DNA of 32,000 nucleotides from Candidatus Babelota bacterium (GTDB lineage Bacteria; Babelota; Babeliae; Babelales; Vermiphilaceae). How positions within the stretch are numbered: the first letter of the stretch is position 1; every line of letters begins with the position of its first letter. The stretch lies in assembly GCA_039809905.1 (NCBI GenBank), contig JBDHVY010000001.1, forward strand, positions 660,001 through 692,000. The letters are read 5' to 3'. A program made the position numbers and the translations under genes. Below, piece after piece: positions 17,223 to 24,785 of this stretch. Below the pieces are notes generated by a model. The model was not told the DNA's origin. It saw only the letters and a program-made list of their open reading frames with translations, and searched no databases.

Positions 17223-17303
17223 AAAATCTTAAACAGGGGTTCCCAATATCTTTGCATCAGCTCAGGATGAGCGGAAAATCTTAAGCGGAGTTCCTAGCGG
17301 AGT
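17223..17303 (+). promoter_or_regulatory. Direct-repeat cluster in the ftsA-ftsZ intergenic region
   Basis: AAAATCTTAA at 17223-17232 and 17275-17284, each followed within 11 nt by GTTCC. AGCGGA at 17270, 17284 and 17296, the last two as AGCGGAGT spaced 12 nt apart. Locally G+C-richer than the surroundings. Function unknown. Confidence 0.3.
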
Positions 17304-17337
17304 GTTAACATAGCTGGGGTATAAAAAGGAGATCGCT

Positions 17338-18585
17338 ATGATAGAGTTTGAACAAGAAGCGTTACAGCGTCAAAGATCAATGGTATCAATCAAGGTCATT
17401 GGCGTTGGCGGTGCTGGTGGAAATGCAGTAAATAGCATTATAGAATCGGGATGTCAGGGAATTGGTTTTGTTGTTGCAAATACTGATGCACAAGCATTGG
17501 AATTTTCAAAAGCGCAACATAAAATTCAAATTGGTGTTAAGTCTACTAAAGGGTTAGGGGCGGGGGCAAATCCGGATATGGGAAAACGTGCAGCAGAAGA
17601 AGATCTGGATAAGGTAATGGATGCTGTTAGTGGAGCAGACATTGTCTTTATCGTTGGTGGCATGGGAGGAGGAACGGGTTCAGGAGGATTACCAGTTGTT
17701 GCGCGTGCATTGCGTGATAAAGGTGTGTTGGTAATTGCGATTGTAACTCGTCCATTTTTGTTTGAAGGTAAACGCCGTGCAGCTGTTGCAGATGATGCAA
17801 TTCAAAAACTCAAACAAGATGTTGACACATTGATTGTTATACCTAATCAAAAATTGCTTGAAGTAGTGGATCAGCATGTTTCTATGATTGATGCATTTGC
17901 AATGATTAATGAAGGTATTTTAAGTCAATCAGTGCGTGGATTATCTGATATCATTACTCGTCCAGGACACATCAATGTTGATTATGCTGATATCAGAACA
18001 ATTATGAAAGATCGTGGTCTTGCAGTAATGGGTACAGGTAAGGCATCAGGAAAAGGAAGAGCACGACAAGCAGCTCTAGAAGCAATATCATCACCATTAT
18101 TGGAAAATATGAGTGTTGAAGGTGCGCATGGTGTGTTATGCAATATTACTGGTGGTAAAGGTCTTGGATTACATGAAATCAGCGAAGCTGCGTCAGTGGT
18201 TTATGAACAAGCTCATGAAGATGCAAATATTATTATTGGTTCGGTAATTGATGAGAATTTACATGATGAAGTTATTGTTACTATCATAGCAACAGATTTT
18301 GAACGTCCTGTAGTTGTGCAGCAGACAAAAGAAGAAGTTGTGATTGCTGAACAAGTGATAGTGCAACACCATGAAGAAATCATTTTTGAAGCAATGCCGA
18401 TTGAAAAGCATGAACCCGTTATTGAACCGCTGCCATTAATGATGGAAACGCAAGAAGATGAATTCATGTTTGAGCCGGAAGAAACGAATAAGCATGATGA
18501 TGTTGTGGAAAAAAATACAACATTTAGTTGCGCAGTAGATTCCAAAGATCTTGATGTGCCGACATTTATGCGGCAGCAGAAGTAA
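17338..18585 (+). CDS. ftsZ: Cell-division GTPase FtsZ
   Basis: 415 aa. GVGGAGGNAVN, tubulin signature GGMGGGTGSGGLPVVA, acidic linker, and conserved C-terminal peptide DLDVPTFMRQQK. SD AAGGAG upstream. Confidence 0.95.
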   Translation: MIEFEQEALQRQRSMVSIKVIGVGGAGGNAVNSIIESGCQGIGFVVANTDAQALEFSKAQHKIQIGVKSTKGLGAGANPDMGKRAAEEDLDKVMDAVSGADIVFIVGGMGGGTGSGGLPVVARALRDKGVLVIAIVTRPFLFEGKRRAAVADDAIQKLKQDVDTLIVIPNQKLLEVVDQHVSMIDAFAMINEGILSQSVRGLSDIITRPGHINVDYADIRTIMKDRGLAVMGTGKASGKGRARQAALEAISSPLLENMSVEGAHGVLCNITGGKGLGLHEISEAASVVYEQAHEDANIIIGSVIDENLHDEVIVTIIATDFERPVVVQQTKEEVVIAEQVIVQHHEEIIFEAMPIEKHEPVIEPLPLMMETQEDEFMFEPEETNKHDDVVEKNTTFSCAVDSKDLDVPTFMRQQK

Positions 18586-18591
18586 GTTTAA

Positions 18592-18624
18592 GGAGGAGTT
18601 ATATCAAACTCCTCCGCATTTTTA
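18592..18624. terminator. Rho-independent terminator between convergent ftsZ and the 18637-19989 gene
   Basis: GGAGGAGTT (18592-18600) / AACTCCTCC (18607-18615): perfect 9-bp GC-rich stem, 6-nt loop, followed by GCATTTTTA. Confidence 0.75.
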
Positions 18625-18636
18625 TGTACGGGTAAA

Positions 18637-19989
18637 CTAATTTTTAGAGAGATTTTCATATTGATTTAAATAATTATCGGTGACATATCTTTTTTCAAAT
18701 TTTTTAAAAATTATTTCTGGTTCTAGAGTAGATAGCAATGTTCTTTGATCGCGAGTTAACTCCTCTGAAATTTTTTCAGTAAAATTCCATTTTTCTATTT
18801 TTGTTGGATTGTATATTTTTTCACATAGATGAATCAAGTCGCGCATTTGTTTAATTTTTAGTAATTTATTTTGTGCTTCAACAACTGTTGTTAGCCGCTC
18901 TTCAAGAGTTTTTTTGGGTTTTTCTGCGGCATACTTAGTAGCTTTTTCTATTATTTCTTGAATGTCAGTCAAAGTCATATTGTTTGTGTTGTCTAGAAAA
19001 TATTTTCGCAATTTTTTTTGTTCTTTGGGTAATATTGGATCTATAATTTTTTCTTTTTCTGGTAATTGTGGTAGTTGTTTTCGATATTTTATCTGTTTGA
19101 TATCCCATAGAGCTCTAGCAAAACAATCACAATCTATATTTTCTAATTCTGAGTTCTTGTTCATTGCAATTTGACTTGCATTTGAAATAAAGCTTTCTAT
19201 ATCTGCGGAATTTAATCCTTCTGTTACTTCTACTAACATTTTAAGAAAAGAATCAGGTATTTCTTTTTTAGGAAATATCTTTACAAAATTATCAGAAGGG
19301 ATTTTATTAAAAGATATTCTTAGTAAGTTTTCACGTTGAGATTCATTAAGAGCAGATTGTCCTGATTTCTCTTTTAGTTCTTCGAGCATTGGTTTAATAA
19401 CCGTTATCAAAGAAATATTTTGAGTTGATAAAAGTAATTCATGATATATTATTCGTAAAAATTCATGCTTGAAAGCTGGTATAGAGCTGTCAGTGAAATC
19501 ATTAGGCTTCTTTTTTTTTAATTTTTCAATTATTTGATTAATGTAATAGTCGATTTTTGTTCTTGTATCTGCTTGAGCTATTTTTGATCCTAATACTGTT
19601 TTATATATATTAAAAGTTTCTTCAGGTAATCCAGTTACTATTGTCTTTAATAAATTTATTGATGATTTAATAGATGCACTCGATTTATAAGGAATTGGTG
19701 TGAGGTATCGATCATACAATTCCTGTGCAGCTTTGCTAAATTGTTTATCCAGAGATGCGTTTTTCTTGTATCGCTTATAATTATATAGCCACGAAAAGTC
19801 TTCAAAAAGATCAGAAATATTTGTCACATTTTGTTTGTAATTATAATAGCTTTTCATCAATGTAGAAAGAGTAGTACGTATACCAGTAATTGTATCCCAT
19901 AGTGCATACAGTTGTTCTGCAGCACATATTTGTGTAGGCGATGCGTATATACTTATACTAAGCAAAGCAATCAAAAGATTATTCTTCAT
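18637..19989 (-). CDS. Secreted hypothetical protein (K/E-rich, predicted helical)
   Basis: The ORF extends to 20142. Internal ATG 19987-19989 is preceded by AAGGAA and begins a classic signal peptide MKNNLLIALLSISIYASPTQICA|AE. No recognisable domain. Confidence 0.65.
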   Translation of the reverse strand: MKNNLLIALLSISIYASPTQICAAEQLYALWDTITGIRTTLSTLMKSYYNYKQNVTNISDLFEDFSWLYNYKRYKKNASLDKQFSKAAQELYDRYLTPIPYKSSASIKSSINLLKTIVTGLPEETFNIYKTVLGSKIAQADTRTKIDYYINQIIEKLKKKKPNDFTDSSIPAFKHEFLRIIYHELLLSTQNISLITVIKPMLEELKEKSGQSALNESQRENLLRISFNKIPSDNFVKIFPKKEIPDSFLKMLVEVTEGLNSADIESFISNASQIAMNKNSELENIDCDCFARALWDIKQIKYRKQLPQLPEKEKIIDPILPKEQKKLRKYFLDNTNNMTLTDIQEIIEKATKYAAEKPKKTLEERLTTVVEAQNKLLKIKQMRDLIHLCEKIYNPTKIEKWNFTEKISEELTRDQRTLLSTLEPEIIFKKFEKRYVTDNYLNQYENLSKN

Positions 19990-20170
19990 TTCCTTTACCT
20001 TGTTTTTTTGATATTCAATCTGAATATAACAATGAGGGTAAAGAAAAAACAAGAAAAGACCAAACTCTTTTTTATCAGAAACGTGGTCTAGGTTCTGTTG
20101 AATTTTTGAAACAGTATCAAAGTTGTAGCACGAATATTTCAAGTAACTCCACGTGCTTATTCTGGCTTGT

Positions 20171-20542
20171 TTAATTTTTTGATACCATTTCTTGTTCTAC
20201 TTGTTGCTCTATTTTTGCCATCATAATGCAAGCAGGTGCAGCTAATAAAGTTCCCGTGAGCATGTATCGTAAACCTATTTTTTTAGAAGGTATTACATGG
20301 TAGGGAGGTTTTTGCAGGAAGTTAGGCATTCTATTTGAATAATGCATAGCTCCCCAGACGCTTATGAGTGGGTTAAGTAAGAGTGCAAATCCCGCCATTT
20401 GCCTAAGCTCCGCTTGCGCAAATGACTGTTTAGCATATATTTTTTTTCTTATTAAATCTTTTTGATTGTTCTCACTAGCAGCTAAAAGCATGGATAATAT
20501 TGCTAATATAAGCATAAGAATTAAGTTTTTTAAAGGAGCCAC
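20171..20542 (-). CDS. Small hypothetical membrane protein
   Basis: 123 aa. GTG start with AAGGAA 9 nt upstream. Hydrophobic segments LILMLILAILSMLLAA, GFALLLNPLISVWGAM, LTGTLLAAPACIMMA. Confidence 0.5.
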   Translation of the reverse strand: MAPLKNLILMLILAILSMLLAASENNQKDLIRKKIYAKQSFAQAELRQMAGFALLLNPLISVWGAMHYSNRMPNFLQKPPYHVIPSKKIGLRYMLTGTLLAAPACIMMAKIEQQVEQEMVSKN

Positions 20543-20684
20543 AATCTTTGTTCCTTTTATTCCTTTTTCTATTTTTTAGCTAAATCATATGTATGGAAAT
20601 ATTTTTTTACAAGATTTTTAATGATTGCTATCCAGTAACTTGAAACAATGATATTTTTTTAAAATTATATGATTCGGAGAGTGT

Positions 20685-22427
20685 GTGAGAAATTTTATTA
20701 TTCGTAGTTTGGTAATTATTGTAAACATGAGTGGGTTGTGTCTAGCCAATGAATTTGGTTCTACCGTAACACCAAATTCGATTATTTATATACAAGGCTT
20801 ATATAATGAACAATCTTTTTTTCAACAACCTAGTTCTTCTTGCCAAGCATATAAACATCGCAACAACATTTATTTTGGCGAAAACTTACATAATTATACG
20901 ATTACGCAACTTCAGCATTATTTCAGAACGCATAATTATTCTGAGCAACAAATACTTGATCAAGGATTATTATATCTTTCTGACGAGTTTGTAAAACTTG
21001 CAAAAACCTATGCTGCATATGAGCAAACCATAGAAAAATTGTACAATAAGTTCAAAAAATTTGGGTTCATCAAGAAGATTTTATATAGGTTTACAGGTTC
21101 TTATTCTTCTGGACTTAAACGACGCATAAGACAATTGCATGAAGAAATTCGCCTCAAAAAAGAATGCGAAAAAAAACAAGCAATCGAAACAATGCAGCAA
21201 TATAGTATATATTCTCACTATCTGCTATCCGATGTGAGCGATAGAGAATATCAAGAGTTAAAACCAGTGTATGATCAATTTTCACCATTACTTGCGCAGG
21301 CAATTGAAAAACGAATAGATGCTCAGACCAAAATTAAAAAGGGATCAGTTCAAGTTTCAACTAAAACATATCGATGTAGTGATTATATGTTGCAATTGCT
21401 TAGCGATAACAAAATTGGCCTTGATGAATTTACAAATTTCTACGGTAACCAATTGCAGCATGCTCTTCATTATGAATCAATCGGGATTCTGGAATATGTA
21501 GCGTCTTTGCCGATGTATTCAGTGTTATATGTTCATCAGAATGCAATTGTTAATTGTACTACAGCACTATCTGCCTACAACAAAGAAGGTTTAGTTGATA
21601 AAGCAAGTGTGGTAGCAGATTTTTGTTGGACTTTGCTTGATTATGGTCAGGCAATAGCAGAAGGTGCAGCATCAGGTTTATATACAACAGCGCAAGACCT
21701 TATAGCTAATCCTATTGAAGCAACTGTGTGCATTGTTGCAGGCAAACAGGTTCTTGCGTATCAGTTGTGCAAAGTATTTTATAACGTGACTGATATTGGA
21801 ATAACTGCATTAAATAATTATGATCGCGCAAAAGAAAAATGGGATTATTATATAGAGCCTATCAATAATCTGATTTCTGCTATCGAAAAAAAAGAAATAA
21901 CAATACGTGATGCCTTAAAAACAGGAACAGCTTTTGTTGTTGGCTATAAGGCACAAAGCAAATTATTGGGCGGGCTAGGTCAGTTTTTTGGGACGATTAA
22001 GCAAAGTGCTATTCGGTTTGCACAAACCAATATTTCTTCTTTTACAATACAGCAATATTTATCAACGCCAGAAGGATATTTATTAAGAAGCACTGCTAAA
22101 TTGTGTCGTTCGTCTAATTCTCCTAATCAATATGAGTATCTAAAACAATGGCTAAAAATAAAGGAATTTACTTCAGTTATAAAAACGAGCAAACACGGGA
22201 TAGAAAGATTAATCGAACGAGATTTCACGCCAGAAGAAGTTCTTGCAGTGATGAAGACTCCAACTTTTGTTAAAGTTCAGAAAGATGGGGCATTTGCTTA
22301 TATAAAACAAATAGGAGAAAAATTTAATGTGATTGTTTTTAATAAACAAAATGAAGAAGTTGTAACTGTTTTAAAACATACAACGCAAAAAAAACTTGAG
22401 CAGATGGGAAAAAATTATGGATGGTAA
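20685..22427 (+). CDS. Secreted polymorphic-toxin-like protein with C-terminal DUF4258 / RelE-BrnT-like RNase-toxin signature
   Basis: 580 aa. GTG start with GGAGAG 4 nt upstream. Signal-like MRNFIIRSLVIIVNMSGLCLA|NE. C-terminal 22191-22424 = KHGIERLIERDFTPEEVLAVMKTPTFVKVQKDGAFAYIKQIGEKFNVIVFNKQNEEVVTVLKH. Its stop codon is overlapped by the next ORF. Confidence 0.6.
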   Translation: MRNFIIRSLVIIVNMSGLCLANEFGSTVTPNSIIYIQGLYNEQSFFQQPSSSCQAYKHRNNIYFGENLHNYTITQLQHYFRTHNYSEQQILDQGLLYLSDEFVKLAKTYAAYEQTIEKLYNKFKKFGFIKKILYRFTGSYSSGLKRRIRQLHEEIRLKKECEKKQAIETMQQYSIYSHYLLSDVSDREYQELKPVYDQFSPLLAQAIEKRIDAQTKIKKGSVQVSTKTYRCSDYMLQLLSDNKIGLDEFTNFYGNQLQHALHYESIGILEYVASLPMYSVLYVHQNAIVNCTTALSAYNKEGLVDKASVVADFCWTLLDYGQAIAEGAASGLYTTAQDLIANPIEATVCIVAGKQVLAYQLCKVFYNVTDIGITALNNYDRAKEKWDYYIEPINNLISAIEKKEITIRDALKTGTAFVVGYKAQSKLLGGLGQFFGTIKQSAIRFAQTNISSFTIQQYLSTPEGYLLRSTAKLCRSSNSPNQYEYLKQWLKIKEFTSVIKTSKHGIERLIERDFTPEEVLAVMKTPTFVKVQKDGAFAYIKQIGEKFNVIVFNKQNEEVVTVLKHTTQKKLEQMGKNYGW

Positions 22428-22644
22428 AGAAAAAAAAGATAGATATGTATGTTGTTTTTGTGATGTTGTAATAGTATCTTGTAATGGCAATCCTATGGAA
22501 ATAGACATGTTAATAAATTTTGACAAACCAAAACAAAAACAAGAAAGGCAAGCCTTTTATTGTCATATGGAATGTTTTAAAGAACAGCTAAATGATGATT
22601 TTAAGATACATTTTCATTTAGATTCTTTTATTTCTTTAGAATAG
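22417..22644 (+). CDS. Cys-rich mini-protein (CCFC...CHxxC), candidate immunity protein 1
   Basis: ATG 22417 lies inside the last 11 nt of the upstream ORF (ATGGATGGTAA); GGGAAA sits 6 nt upstream. About 75 aa: YVCCFC...FYCHMECFKEQL. Paralogous to 22678-22953. Confidence 0.6.
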   Translation: MDGKEKKDRYVCCFCDVVIVSCNGNPMEIDMLINFDKPKQKQERQAFYCHMECFKEQLNDDFKIHFHLDSFISLE

Positions 22645-22677
22645 GTGTTTATCCATATAAAAAAATAGGTATCAGAA

Positions 22678-22953
22678 GTGAAATTAAAAAAAATCATAAA
22701 AAGAATATGGTCTATGATACAAGAAACGATCAACAATGAGTCTTTAGGATTTTCTTGTTGTTTTTGTTCCCAATCAATAATGGCTTTAGATAAGTATCCA
22801 GCAGATCTTCATATTACTGTTAATATTGATAAATCGGAAGATCAACAGCATGATCAATTTTTCTTTTGTCATACAGATTGTTTTAAGAATAAGTTGCATA
22901 ACAATATAAAATCTTACTTTACACTAGAGCAAATTGAGGACAAATATGACTAA
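22678..22953 (+). CDS. Cys-rich mini-protein (CCFC...CHxxC), candidate immunity protein 2 (paralogue)
   Basis: GTG 22678 (alternative ATG 22714). FSCCFC...FFCHTDCFKNKL. About 30% identity by eye to the preceding ORF over about 62 aa, with all Cys/His ligand positions conserved. Confidence 0.55.
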   Translation: MKLKKIIKRIWSMIQETINNESLGFSCCFCSQSIMALDKYPADLHITVNIDKSEDQQHDQFFFCHTDCFKNKLHNNIKSYFTLEQIEDKYD

Positions 22954-22973
22954 TGATCCTTTTATCAACAAGA

Positions 22974-24368
22974 CTATTTTTTTAAGGCTATTACTTTAAG
23001 TGAACATAATTCACGCAGCCCAGCTTTACCATGTTCTCGTCCAAGTCCTGATTTTTTATATCCACCAAACGGATCTTGCGGAATTACATAATTTGCATGA
23101 TTTATACTAATGTTGCCTGCTTGAAGATGTCTGCTTACTTGTACTGCACGTTCTTTATCTTGCGTATAGACAAAAGCACTTAATCCATATATAGAATCAT
23201 TTGCTAATGCGATTGCTTCTTCTTGGCTAGAAAATGGAATTATAGGAAGCACTGGCCCAAATACCTCTTCTTTCCATACGTTCATATCAAACGTTATATT
23301 GGTGAGAATAGTTGGTTCAAAGTAAGCACCTTGCAGATTCTGTGGTCGTTTTCCACCGATAATAATATGAGCGCCTTTTTGTACTGCATCAAGAACTTGG
23401 TTTTCAAGACTTATTACTTGACGTTCTGCAACAAGTGGACCGATATCTGTTGCTGGATCTTGTGCAGGGCCAACTTTTTTAGTGAGTACTTTGTTTTTTA
23501 ATTCTTGAACTACCTCATTGAAAATAGTTTGATGTACCAAGAGGCGCTTAAGACCATCACATGTTTGTCCGCTATTAATAAAACGATTAAAATAAATTGA
23601 TTCAATTGCCATTGAAATATGAGCATCTTCAAAAACAATTCCTGCTGATGAACCACCAAGTTCTAAAATTGTGGGAATTAATTTTTGTGCAGCGACTGTG
23701 TATAAATGATTTCCTACTCGAGTGCTACCCGTAAACCAAATAAGATCGATATTGCTTTGCATTAAATATTCACCAATATCATTACCATTGCCGTATACTG
23801 CATTAAAAACTCCTGTTGGTAAGTTTACGGAATGCATGATTTCTTCTAAAAGTTTTCCCGTAAAAGGACATGCTTCTGAATGTTTTAATACAATAGTATT
23901 TCCAACAACCAAATTTTGAATTACTGCCCAAATAAAAAGAGAAAAGGGATAATTCCAAGGGACACTTATTCCTGCTACTCCTTTAGGTTCATAATAAAGA
24001 TAATGAATTTCAGTATCAGATTCATATGTAATTTCAGGCGCTAGCCATTCCTGTGCATAATCTAAATATCCCCGCATATAGAGCAATCCAGGATCAATAT
24101 CTATCTGATTACATACTGATAAAGGCATGCCCACTTCTTGTGCTATGATGGAGCGTAGATCATTTTTTTTCGCTATAAATGCGTGATAAAGCTTTTCAAG
24201 ATATACAATTCTTTCATTAATAGAAAGCTCTGCCCAAGCTATTTGTGCCTTGCGAGCATTGATAACTTGTGCATCGATTTCGCTATAAGTTGAAGAATCA
24301 ATTTCTCCAATGACTTGATAATTATTGCTAGGGTTGAGTGAAACAATTTTTTGCGCTTTCATTGTCAT
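22974..24368 (-). CDS. NAD(P)-dependent aldehyde dehydrogenase
   Basis: 464 aa. ELGGSSAGIVFEDA (ELGGK-type Glu motif), catalytic Cys motif NSGQTCDGLKR, EEVFGPVLPI, PFGGYKKSGLGRE. Start may be ATG 24362, which is better spaced from GAAAGG. Confidence 0.88.
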   Translation of the reverse strand: MTMKAQKIVSLNPSNNYQVIGEIDSSTYSEIDAQVINARKAQIAWAELSINERIVYLEKLYHAFIAKKNDLRSIIAQEVGMPLSVCNQIDIDPGLLYMRGYLDYAQEWLAPEITYESDTEIHYLYYEPKGVAGISVPWNYPFSLFIWAVIQNLVVGNTIVLKHSEACPFTGKLLEEIMHSVNLPTGVFNAVYGNGNDIGEYLMQSNIDLIWFTGSTRVGNHLYTVAAQKLIPTILELGGSSAGIVFEDAHISMAIESIYFNRFINSGQTCDGLKRLLVHQTIFNEVVQELKNKVLTKKVGPAQDPATDIGPLVAERQVISLENQVLDAVQKGAHIIIGGKRPQNLQGAYFEPTILTNITFDMNVWKEEVFGPVLPIIPFSSQEEAIALANDSIYGLSAFVYTQDKERAVQVSRHLQAGNISINHANYVIPQDPFGGYKKSGLGREHGKAGLRELCSLKVIALKK

Positions 24369-24422
24369 ACCTTTCTTTGTATGTGGTCATTATAAAGAAA
24401 TATGATAGGCAAAAACAAATTT

Positions 24423-24452
24423 TTGACACTCTTATGATCGATTTTGCATAAT
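24423..24452 (+). promoter_or_regulatory. Near-consensus sigma70-type promoter candidate (TTGACA-N18-CATAAT)
   Basis: TTGACA at 24423-24428 and CATAAT at 24447-24452, with TG immediately upstream. Lies about 335 nt upstream of the next + strand CDS. In AT-rich DNA the -10 element is weak evidence; the perfect -35 is the notable part. Confidence 0.3.
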
Positions 24453-24785
24453 GTTTAGCGATTTCGTATCATATATTTTTCTACCAAAAGCATATTGCAA
24501 CTCAATGCAAAAAAGTATAAAGACATTGCAAGTAGAGTGCCATTATGCAGTGATCCCATTCCACAAATCTAATAATGGATGTATAGCTTGTTTTGTTTTA
24601 TGAATGTTCCTGTTGAGAATTATTTTTTCGTAAATTTTTTTTTATATGAGGTTTTTGTTCTGCGCAATAAAGATTGAGACATAGAGATGTTGCAATACAA
24701 GACAGCTTCATAATCAGTTTCATAGTTTTCTTTTGTTATTTTTAGTACAATAGGACAATCAAAATAATGATACAGAAGGAAGAAT

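Noticed and set aside
17236-17257. Possible sigma-54 promoter (GG...TTGCA) in GGGGTTCCCAATATCTTTGCAT upstream of ftsZ.
   Set aside because: The spacing between the GG and GC dinucleotides does not fit the TGGCAC-N5-TTGCA geometry: GG would need to be at 17242-17243, which is CC.
6095-17330. Conspicuous G-runs (GGGGG/GGGGGG) at 6095-6099, 7502-7507, 15181-15184, 15963-15968, 17316-17319.
   Set aside because: Each sits 4-8 nt upstream of a start codon (for 7502-7507, measured to the ATG at 7516). They are best explained as strong Shine-Dalgarno sequences rather than a repeat family or G-quadruplex elements.
19990-20142. 51-codon N-terminal extension of ORF 18637-20142. Similar 5' extensions occur at 25989-26027, 27212-27256, 31376-31414, 15166-15189 and 12702-12743.
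   Set aside because: In most cases an internal ATG with a well-spaced SD (AAGGAA, AAGGGA, AAAGGA, GGGG; a weaker GAGAA for 31375) begins a textbook signal peptide or TM segment, while the extended start has no SD and adds implausible sequence. The alr case (12702-12743) is the least certain.
21600-22100. Possible pre-toxin TG (PT-TG) or other known delivery domain in the middle of the 580-aa toxin-like protein (e.g. ALKTGTAFVVG).
   Set aside because: There is only an isolated TG dipeptide, and the surrounding sequence does not match what I remember of the PT-TG, LXG, RHS or FHA families. Left unassigned.
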